From positions 16,344 to 80,343 of the forward strand of contig JBCBGY010000001.1 in NCBI GenBank assembly GCA_038526275.1: a stretch of DNA of 64,000 nt, written 5' to 3'. Numbering within the stretch: the stretch's first letter is position 1; each line of letters starts with the position of its first letter. Positions 19,040 through 26,520 of the stretch are shown one piece after another. The position numbers and the translations under genes are program-made. The notes beneath the pieces were generated by a model that was not told the origin of the DNA, made no database searches, and was given only the letters and a program-made list of their open reading frames with translations. This DNA is from Pseudomonadota bacterium. GTDB taxonomy: Bacteria > Pseudomonadota > Alphaproteobacteria > Rhodobacterales > Rhodobacteraceae.

Positions 19040-19288
19040 TCACCCATCAAACAGAAAGTACCGCACGATCCCGTAGATATAGAGGGCTGAGAACAGGATG
19101 TTTACGTTCTTGAGCTGAGGTTCGGTCCTTAACCAACCACAGTAAACCCATATCAAACAAAACGGTAAGCCGGACAGCATTGCCGCCAACTGCCATCCCT
19201 GAACGATGGCAACTGTACTGACGATACCCAATGCGACGGCGCACCACTTTAACGGCTGCTCAAAGGCGGCCAGTTTTGAAAGGCGCAT
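19040..19288 (-). CDS. Small three-helix membrane protein, unknown function
   Basis: 82 aa with three hydrophobic segments. Confidence 0.55.
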   Translation of the reverse strand: MRLSKLAAFEQPLKWCAVALGIVSTVAIVQGWQLAAMLSGLPFCLIWVYCGWLRTEPQLKNVNILFSALYIYGIVRYFLFDG

Positions 19289-19377
19289 GAGTGTAGTCTC
19301 GCAAAAACAGCGCCGTTAACCCGGCGATCTGCCGATCATCCCTTTAGCAAAATCGGCCCTGTCGATCAAACCGGTCC

Positions 19378-19454
19378 TGGCGACCCCGACAGGATTTGAA
19401 CCTGTGACCTACCGCTTAGGAGGCGGTCGCTCTATCCAGCTGAGCTACGGGGCC
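19378..19454 (-). tRNA. tRNA-Arg (anticodon CCT)
   Basis: Reverse complement GGCCCCGTAGCTCAGCTGGATAGAGCGACCGCCTCCTAAGCGGTAGGTCACAGGTTCAAATCCTGTCGGGGTCGCCA: cloverleaf, TTCAA T-loop, encoded CCA. Confidence 0.97.
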
Positions 19455-19658
19455 TTAGACTTATCACTATTATCCCCTAAACCGACCGATATTCCAGTGG
19501 GTTGGCCAAGAAATCTGCCCGATTGCGATAGCGGCTAAGGACATAGCACGCGGGGCATGGCTTCACAATGTGCCTACTTTATGCTATCAGTCCTGCATCG
19601 TTGCGCACTTTTTAAGCTTCGACCCTAATATTGCGACCCATTTTCAGGTGGTATTGAA

Positions 19659-20798
19659 ATGAATGATCTTGTGAACACGGCCCAACGGGCCGTCCGTATT
19701 GCGCATACTGGTGATACGGAATTGGGCCCACTGAAGCTCCTTCCCGGAACTTGGGCCAATATCCAACCACAGCATCGGCTTGAAAAGCGGGATGGCACAA
19801 AAGATGCTTTCCGCGGAGCCGGTACGCTCGACGGTACGGGCCAAAGTCCGTTCGATGGACGTGGTTGGAACATCATCGCCTTGCCCTTCGCGCAAGAGGG
19901 CCAGTTCCGAAATTACCGGCTTCTCATGAACCAGTATAACGAAGTACTGAAGTTCTCGAAGGTCGACGACAACGTCCCAAATCGCGGCATCAGCAGCGAT
20001 CGACCCGCGCGCAACACTCCCCAGCGGATAGCAGCACTCGACTATGAACAAGCCATTGCGCAAATCGCTGCGGAAGACTTCGCCAATAGCGGCACCGCAG
20101 GCCCGGCCCTGCTGCCCATCCATCACGAACCCGGGCTGTTTCTACATATGAAGGAACAAACGATAGATGGGTTCAACATCGCGCGCCTCGCCACCATCCC
20201 CCACGGCAATGCGGCGAACGCGATCGGAAAATGGAGCGAAGAAACCCATGTGATCGATGGCCCGCCAACGATCGGCACGCTCAGTGCGTTTCCGGAAGGT
20301 GTGACAGATGATGTCGCTACCGCTGCAGGGAATGCCACAGGCGAACGGGATTATCTTCGCCCCTACAACCATTTCCTGCAAAACCCCTTCAAGGGCGTCA
20401 TCGGGGCGGCTGGATTTCCAGGCTTTGGGCCAGAAAACAGTAATCTGCTTCTTCAACTCGGCCTGCCGAATAACGTGGTCCGCACCACGATCCTAAAGAT
20501 GGATACCGACGATCTCGAGGCCGGGATCGTCAACATCCCCTTCATTGAACGCCAGGCAGACGCAGCCGTGATGCGCTCCACCTTTTGGATCATGGAACTG
20601 AGCGACACAGACGCCAATGGCGACCCAAAACTCGTCATGGCCTATTCCCAGTTTATCTTCCTGGATTTTTTCGACCGGGTCGATGGCAAGCCAGGCTTAA
20701 TCCGTTGGCCGCACGTCTCGATCAATATGATGGAAAAAATCGAAGACATCGACTCCGAAGCCGACGATCTGATGGTCATGTCCGCAGAAGACATATAA
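19659..20798 (+). CDS. Putative heme-binding beta-barrel protein (FMP-type peroxidase-associated/nitrobindin-like family)
   Basis: LGPLKLLPGTW...GWNIIALP...VPNRG...IHHEPGLFL...ATIPHG...WPHVS pattern recalled from that family; no signal peptide. Confidence 0.5.
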   Translation: MNDLVNTAQRAVRIAHTGDTELGPLKLLPGTWANIQPQHRLEKRDGTKDAFRGAGTLDGTGQSPFDGRGWNIIALPFAQEGQFRNYRLLMNQYNEVLKFSKVDDNVPNRGISSDRPARNTPQRIAALDYEQAIAQIAAEDFANSGTAGPALLPIHHEPGLFLHMKEQTIDGFNIARLATIPHGNAANAIGKWSEETHVIDGPPTIGTLSAFPEGVTDDVATAAGNATGERDYLRPYNHFLQNPFKGVIGAAGFPGFGPENSNLLLQLGLPNNVVRTTILKMDTDDLEAGIVNIPFIERQADAAVMRSTFWIMELSDTDANGDPKLVMAYSQFIFLDFFDRVDGKPGLIRWPHVSINMMEKIEDIDSEADDLMVMSAEDI

Positions 20799-20808
20799 AG
20801 ACCCAAAT

Positions 20809-20833
20809 GGTCGGATCACGCATTGATCCGACC
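20809..20833. terminator. Stem-loop after heme-binding protein gene
   Basis: GGTCGGATCA-CGCAT-TGATCCGACC perfect 10-bp stem. Confidence 0.55.
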
Positions 20834-20890
20834 GCCCCCCGCAAAGCACGGTCAGCGCACCTTGCCGCCTTTGCCCACATTGCTTTCTTA

Positions 20891-20990
20891 TTGGCCAAAA
20901 TACTTCCGCCGGAGGCACCGCGCGGCACGCGCGGCCACGCCCAACGCCGGAGTAGGCCACAAGGCCGACCGACGGGGGCGGGAGGGCTAC
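20891..20990 (+). repeat. Structured intergenic repeat (REP-like), copy A
   Basis: TTGGCCAAAA..CGCCGGAGGCA...CCCAACGC-29 nt-GGCGGGAGGGCTAC; shares motifs with copies at 24058, 59802 and 62481. Confidence 0.75.
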
Positions 20991-21051
20991 GTCCCCCCGC
21001 ACCGAAACGACATGCCCTGGCGTCCAGGTTTCGGTGGCACTGGTGTTTGGC

Positions 21052-21858
21052 TTAGTCTGGAACCTTGAAGGTGAGCGAGGCCCAAAGAGAATGCCAAACA
21101 GGCCCTGCTTCCGGATCATCATTGTCGGTTGGCCGCAAAACCACTGCATCGACCAGATATTCGTGCCCCGACTTCACGGGGAATGACGCGCGCCCGGCCG
21201 CGTCCGTCCGGTGCAAGGAAACGGTCACCGCGCCATCAGGGGCCCGTTCGAACAGTTCGACCTGCGCATCGCCGCGCGGTTCCAAATCGTACAGCACATC
21301 AACAATCATGCCGTCAGACAGATCGTCGGTATAGGGGTTCGTCACCGCAACGATTTCGGTCTCTAAACCCACCGAACCGTCCCGGCCCGCCCCATCGCCG
21401 ACAGCGATCAGGCTCTTCGCAAACCGGCGATAGCTTTCCTTAAAGCCGGTTTCCGGCAGACCCCGATCCCGGTGCTGCTCAAAGACACCTGCAAAGTCCT
21501 TATGCCTGACAAAGTTCTGAAATTTGGCCCACTCGGTGTAGGTCAACGTACTGTCCGTTGTCTCATGCACCAACACCAACAACCCGTTCTCAGGGGCCGG
21601 CATATTGACAGCAGGCCGATCCCCCATCCGGGCAGGCACTTCGGTTTCTTCGCCCGCAATGACATAGTCGAACCGTTCCGTTCTAAACCCGATATAGGCA
21701 TAGCCCGGGCCCTTGAAATTTTCTCCAACGCGCAGCTCTGCGGTGATGGTCTCTTCTGGCAAAACGGAATAGGTGTCCGGCGAAATCCAAAATTCGTGGG
21801 CAAAAGCCGGGCCACAGAAGGCCAGGCCAAGGATCGGGGGGAATAGAATGGCACGCAT
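21052..21858 (-). CDS. DUF4198 domain periplasmic protein (Ni/Co-uptake associated)
   Basis: Signal peptide then HEFWISP; LRVGENFKG, RRFAKSL, GLETEIV, RTDAAGRASF, HSLWASLTF. Confidence 0.8.
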   Translation of the reverse strand: MRAILFPPILGLAFCGPAFAHEFWISPDTYSVLPEETITAELRVGENFKGPGYAYIGFRTERFDYVIAGEETEVPARMGDRPAVNMPAPENGLLVLVHETTDSTLTYTEWAKFQNFVRHKDFAGVFEQHRDRGLPETGFKESYRRFAKSLIAVGDGAGRDGSVGLETEIVAVTNPYTDDLSDGMIVDVLYDLEPRGDAQVELFERAPDGAVTVSLHRTDAAGRASFPVKSGHEYLVDAVVLRPTDNDDPEAGPVWHSLWASLTFKVPD

Positions 21859-23050
21859 GAATGCACTCCTTCAATCGACGCCAAAGCAGACTTTTCTGGC
21901 GATCCTGTCAATTGCCCTTTGGCTGAGCACCGTCTCAGGCTTGTCAGCACATGAGGTACGCCCGTCTGTGGCAGATGTCGATGTCTCCGACACTCACGTT
22001 ACCATGACCATCCGCCTCACAGCCGAAGCTCTGCTCGCCGGAGTAGACCTTTCAGCGGTCGAAGACACAAACGAGGCGCCAGAAGCGGCAGACTATGACC
22101 GGTTTCGGGCCCTACCCGCAGATCAACTGGCCGAACAGTTCCGCGAAAACTGGCCCGACCTCGCGGAGCGGTTCAACCTGCGGGCTGGAGAAACCCGATT
22201 GTTCCCCACACTCGAAAGTGTGGAGGTTATCGACGAGCCTGACCTGGACCTTCCGCGTGAAACAGCCCTGACACTTCTTGCGCCCTTGCCTGAAGACGAC
22301 AGCGCCGTAACAGTGGCCTGGGATGCCGCTCTCGGTGCCCTTGTGGTCCGGCAAGTCGAAGGCGGGGAGGACGCCTATACCGGCTATCTTGAGAATGGCG
22401 AAAAAAGTGAGCCGCTCCCCCGACAAGGCGCATTGGCAGAAGGGGTCGGCACCGTCATCGGGCGTTATCTGATCCTCGGTTTCGAACATATTGTGCCCAA
22501 AGGGCTCGATCACATTCTATTCGTCTTGGGCCTGTTCTTTTTCGCGCTGAAACTCGGGCCAATCCTTTGGCAGGTCTCGGCCTTCACACTGGCTCATACC
22601 GTAACGCTGGCCCTGGCAAGCCTGGGCTATGTCTCGCTGCCCGGCTCAATCGTGGAGCCGCTCATTGCCGCATCAATCGTGTATGTCGCGGTGGAAAACC
22701 TGCTCAAGCCGGATCTTGGCTGGTGGCGTACAGCACTTGTTTTCGGATTTGGCCTGCTCCACGGGCTGGGCTTTGCCAGCGTCCTGGCCGATATTGGCTT
22801 AGAACCTGCCCGGTTCGTCACGGGTCTGATTGCGTTCAATGTCGGGGTGGAATTGGGCCAGCTTGCCGTGATCGCTGTGGCCCTTTTGATCGTGTTGACG
22901 GCGCAACGTGTATTGCAGCGGGACGGAATGCCCGGCGTCGGCCTGACCCTTGGAGTTGAGGATACTGTCTACCGAGCAATTTCTGTCGCGGGGTCGCTTA
23001 TCATCGCTGCAGCGGGTCTGTGGTGGGTGATTGAGCGTACTCTTCTCTGA
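21848..23050 (+). CDS. HupE/UreJ family protein (periplasmic domain + HupE_UreJ-type membrane domain)
   Basis: Signal peptide then HEVRP; GFEHI..GLDHILF, AFTLAHTVTL, FGLLHGLGFA, FNVGVELGQL. Confidence 0.85.
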   Translation: MARMNALLQSTPKQTFLAILSIALWLSTVSGLSAHEVRPSVADVDVSDTHVTMTIRLTAEALLAGVDLSAVEDTNEAPEAADYDRFRALPADQLAEQFRENWPDLAERFNLRAGETRLFPTLESVEVIDEPDLDLPRETALTLLAPLPEDDSAVTVAWDAALGALVVRQVEGGEDAYTGYLENGEKSEPLPRQGALAEGVGTVIGRYLILGFEHIVPKGLDHILFVLGLFFFALKLGPILWQVSAFTLAHTVTLALASLGYVSLPGSIVEPLIAASIVYVAVENLLKPDLGWWRTALVFGFGLLHGLGFASVLADIGLEPARFVTGLIAFNVGVELGQLAVIAVALLIVLTAQRVLQRDGMPGVGLTLGVEDTVYRAISVAGSLIIAAAGLWWVIERTLL

Positions 23051-23117
23051 CGCCACAGTTGCATTTCCCGATTGCCCGGGCCTTAGTTCTTGAAACAGAA
23101 CCTGGGGAGACAGACGA

Positions 23118-24044
23118 ATGACAGCAAAGACCGCACTGTCGGCAACCATTTTGGCGCTGACGGCCGGCATGGCCGGCGCCGCCTGCGACACCATTTCCTT
23201 TTCCGATGTGGGCTGGACCGACATCACCGCCACAACCGCCACAACGACGGTTGTGCTAAAGGCGCTGGGATATGAGACCGACGTCAAGGTTCTGTCGGTT
23301 CCGGTCACCTATACGTCCATGGCTGCAGGGGACATCGACATATTCCTGGGCAATTGGATGCCCACGATGGAGGCGGATATCGCGCCTTATCGGGAGGCAG
23401 GCACCGTTGATACGGTTCGAGCCAATCTGGAAGGTGCAAAATACACCCTGGCCACCAATGCCGCGGGCGCAGCGCTCGGCATTAAGGACTTTGCCGACAT
23501 CGCCGCCCATGCGGACGCGTTGGAGCAGACAATTTACGGTATTGAGCCCGGCAATGATGGCAACCGTCTGATCATGGATATGATTTCCGCCGATGCGTTC
23601 GGACTGACCGGCTTTGAGGTGAAGGAAAGTTCCGAGCAAGGGATGTTGGCGCAAGTTGCCCGCGCCACATCGCGAGAGGAACCGATCGTGTTTCTCGGAT
23701 GGGAGCCACATCCCATGAATGCGAATTTTGAGCTGACTTACCTGACCGGCGGCGACGCCTATTTTGGCCCCAACCTGGGGGGCGCAACCGTATATACCAA
23801 CACCCGCGCGGGCTTCAGCGACGACTGCCCGAACGTTGGTAAGCTTCTGGGAAATTTGGAATTTTCTCTGGCCATGGAAAACGAGATCATGGGTGCCATT
23901 CTGAATGACGGGGCTGACCCGGAAGATGCGGCCACCGCTTGGATCCAGGCCAATTCAGACGCGGTGATGGGTTGGCTGGACGGGGTCACCACCCTTGATG
24001 GAAGCGCTGCGACAGATGCCGTAAAGGAAGCGTTAGGCTTGTAG
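23118..24044 (+). CDS. choX: Choline ABC transporter substrate-binding protein (orphan)
   Basis: SDVGWTDIT, FLGNWMPTM, GIEPGNDGN, SSEQGML, FLGWEPHPMN. Confidence 0.88.
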   Translation: MTAKTALSATILALTAGMAGAACDTISFSDVGWTDITATTATTTVVLKALGYETDVKVLSVPVTYTSMAAGDIDIFLGNWMPTMEADIAPYREAGTVDTVRANLEGAKYTLATNAAGAALGIKDFADIAAHADALEQTIYGIEPGNDGNRLIMDMISADAFGLTGFEVKESSEQGMLAQVARATSREEPIVFLGWEPHPMNANFELTYLTGGDAYFGPNLGGATVYTNTRAGFSDDCPNVGKLLGNLEFSLAMENEIMGAILNDGADPEDAATAWIQANSDAVMGWLDGVTTLDGSAATDAVKEALGL

Positions 24045-24057
24045 GCGGCCCACACCC

Positions 24058-24159
24058 GTGGCTCTCCCGCCCCCGGTTGTCGGCCTTGCGGCCTTCACCG
24101 GCGTTGGGCCCGGCAGGCGCGCTGCGCGCGCCTGTGCCTCCGGCGGGTTTTTTGGCCAA
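24058..24159 (-). repeat. Structured intergenic repeat (REP-like), copy B
   Basis: Reverse complement TTGGCCAAAAAACCCGCCGGAGGCACAGGCGCG..CGCGCCTGCCGGGCCCAACGC-29 nt-GGCGGGAGAGCCAC. Confidence 0.75.
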
Positions 24160-24274
24160 CAAGAGAGGGCAGAGCGCATTGCTAAAACATACCGCCGCAA
24201 ACCTGATTGACGCTGCCTGAAATCAAGGAAGCTTAACGCGTCAGGTCATATGCGATGTTTTGGATGCGTCCTCT

Positions 24275-24817
24275 TCACTTGCGAGATGCGGCCTCGCGAA
24301 GCTCGGCCATCAATTCGGTGAGAAGTTTCACATAGAGTTCGCCTTTCAGGAGCCCCTGATCGTCGAACTCTTTAGCAGCAGCCGCGACCATGACTTCGGG
24401 ACCTGGCAGCAAGCGGGGGCGGAAGGGTGTCAGGCAGAGACGCAGGGCATATTGAGCCCGTGCCCCCCCTGCCCGTCCCGCCGCAGCGGACATGATTGCA
24501 ACCGGTTTATCGCGCCACGGCGCCCCTTCCACCCTGCTGACCCAGTCCAGCGCATTCTTCAGAACACCAGAAATGGATTGATTATATTCCGGCGTTGAAA
24601 TGACAACAGCGTTCGCATCAGAAATGCTGTGTGCGAGTTCCGTCACGGCCAGCGGAATGCCCGAGCTTTCTTCTAGATCCCCATCATAAAGAGGAAGGTT
24701 GAGGGAATGCGTATCAAAATAGTCTGCACCCCAGATCCGGCCCGCCTCCTGGACGAGCTTGCGATTGAACGAATTTGATCGCAGCGAGCCACTGAGACCC
24801 AACAATTTCAATGACAT
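24275..24817 (-). CDS. NADPH-dependent FMN reductase
   Basis: GLSGSLRSNSFN, STPEYNQSISGVLKNALDW, SAAAGRAGG; start at MSLKLL. Confidence 0.92.
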   Translation of the reverse strand: MSLKLLGLSGSLRSNSFNRKLVQEAGRIWGADYFDTHSLNLPLYDGDLEESSGIPLAVTELAHSISDANAVVISTPEYNQSISGVLKNALDWVSRVEGAPWRDKPVAIMSAAAGRAGGARAQYALRLCLTPFRPRLLPGPEVMVAAAAKEFDDQGLLKGELYVKLLTELMAELREAASRK

Positions 24818-25651
24818 TCCTGCTCTCCAGTTCGGGTTCGCTTGGTCTACCTGCGGCTTTCTCGTTGCTATACAAGTCAGGTTGCGGCCCGTCACGCCTT
24901 GGGTCGGGGCTGCATTGCACATTTTCCTGTACGCTCGGTTTCTAAGCATCGCATTGGCTCCGGGCCAGTCGGTTTCGGCGGGAACCTGCCGCGATTGCGG
25001 GCGGCGTCAGAAATGATCTGGATCGTTCCGAAAACACCTGCAGATATGGGCGCACCTTTATGCTGTTCCGTAAAGCGCCCTTTGCTTCAAGGTTGCGCAA
25101 AAATTCTTATGGAAGCGTATAAAGTGTATATCTTTCAATACGTTACCCGAATCACTTGCACGCCCACCCAGATGGCCAACGGATTGCTGTCCAAATCGCC
25201 CGAACAATAGCGGGAGATGGATTTTCATTGGTGACGGGCCGGAGGCAATAACGGCCCAAATCGTGCTCATCATTTACCCTGCCGCAGATGCAGCGTTAGC
25301 TGCCCATCATAGGGAGCGCCCCAGCCGTTTGGGTGAATGGTCATCTGATGGCAACCGGGGCACGTGGCCATGTCGGCAAGGACAAATGAGAACAAGCAAG
25401 ATTACCTTTCCTGAACGAAATGGCATTCTTTACCCCGCGACCGAGCCGTCGGACTCTGAGCGCGGCGCGTGTTACCTCTGTGCGAGTTACGGACGTTTTT
25501 CCGAATTTTTCAATCAATACAGTCAGACATTTTTTGCAGGCCAGGTTGGATCGGCTTAGCCGTCCGGGACCACTTTGGCTTCAGATTTGATCAACACCGG
25601 CCTGTGGGGCTGATCCCCAAGCTTCGCGCCCTCGCAAGTCGGTCGTTGAGG

Positions 25652-25681
25652 GAGCCGGACCAATTACGGGTCCGGCTCTTT
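25652..25681. terminator. Strong hairpin; U-run on the + strand side
   Basis: GAGCCGGACC-AATTACG-GGTCCGGCTC-TTT. Confidence 0.6.
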
Positions 25682-26046
25682 CAGTTCGTGCCGGATTTTG
25701 GAATGACCGAACGGGGTAAAAAGGCCTCGATGGCCGCCGAGGCCACGATTGAGATGGTCCCATTGTCTGGATTGGTGATCTGCAGGCCACCCAATACAGC
25801 TGTCACACTCGCCCGCCCCCGAGGCAGAGTGGCGGTCAGCTGTTCCAGATCAACTGCGGATGGATCAGGGACCGCCACGGTAACGTGCACCCGCATCTCA
25901 TCGTGACTTATCCCTAAGGTCTCAAAGAGCGGAATCGAGGAATGACGCATGGCATCCTCAATGGCCCGCGCGGCCGCTTTGGTATGATCCTGACCATAAA
26001 GGTCGTTGCCCATCCCCATTTCTATGATGAAACGCTGGTCCGTCAT
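25681..26046 (-). CDS. Lin0512 family protein
   Basis: IIEMGMGNDLYGQDHTKAAARAIEDAMRHSS. Confidence 0.85.
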   Translation of the reverse strand: MTDQRFIIEMGMGNDLYGQDHTKAAARAIEDAMRHSSIPLFETLGISHDEMRVHVTVAVPDPSAVDLEQLTATLPRGRASVTAVLGGLQITNPDNGTISIVASAAIEAFLPRSVIPKSGTN

Positions 26047-26384
26047 GTCCCGACCTCCAAAGCAACATGAATAGCGACATTGGCCATTACTGTTGGCGGC
26101 CCGTTCGGGCGGGGAATGTCCAGACCGCCAGCGACCACGTCAAATCCGATCTGGCCGTAAGGAAAAATGTCGAGCAGTGCTTCGGTATCGACCGCGTCAG
26201 GCTGTTGCACGCCGATCTGGACAGTGATTTGCATCGCTTCTTTCGGTTGATCGAAAAGCTCTGCCAGGTTGATCGAATTGTGCCAAAGCGCGTCTTCTAT
26301 GGCGCGGCGGGCCGCCTGGGTATAGTCCTGCCGCCGCAGCGACGCACCCATCCCAAATTCCGTTAGCAATCGTCTCACTGCCAT
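26043..26384 (-). CDS. Lin0512 family protein (second paralogue)
   Basis: LTEFGMGASLRRQDYTQAARRAIEDALWHNS; 4-nt overlap with the downstream paralogue. Confidence 0.8.
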   Translation of the reverse strand: MAVRRLLTEFGMGASLRRQDYTQAARRAIEDALWHNSINLAELFDQPKEAMQITVQIGVQQPDAVDTEALLDIFPYGQIGFDVVAGGLDIPRPNGPPTVMANVAIHVALEVGT

Positions 26385-26465
26385 CGTTGCAATCCCCTTG
26401 TCTCTCGCTCGGTTTTCACGGGCAAGCGCGACGAAGTCCACAGACCGATGTGAGAAAAACAGGGC

Positions 26466-26497
26466 AAAAAAATGCGCCGGCAAAGCTGCCAGCGCAT
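26466..26497 (-). terminator. Intrinsic terminator of the nuclease gene
   Basis: Minus strand ATGCGCTGGCA-GCTT-TGCCGGCGCAT followed by a T run. Confidence 0.8.
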
Positions 26498-26520
26498 TCG
26501 TAGGTCTAGAGATGCCCGCT

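Noticed and set aside
19455-19658. Possible riboswitch or leader upstream of the heme-binding protein gene
   Set aside because: No match to TPP, cobalamin, glycine, SAM or FMN aptamer cores that I can recognise; explained by divergent promoters
24842-25559. Short ORFs (122, 71 and 98 aa) in the large gap
   Set aside because: No recognisable motifs, atypical composition, no clear RBS; not called as genes
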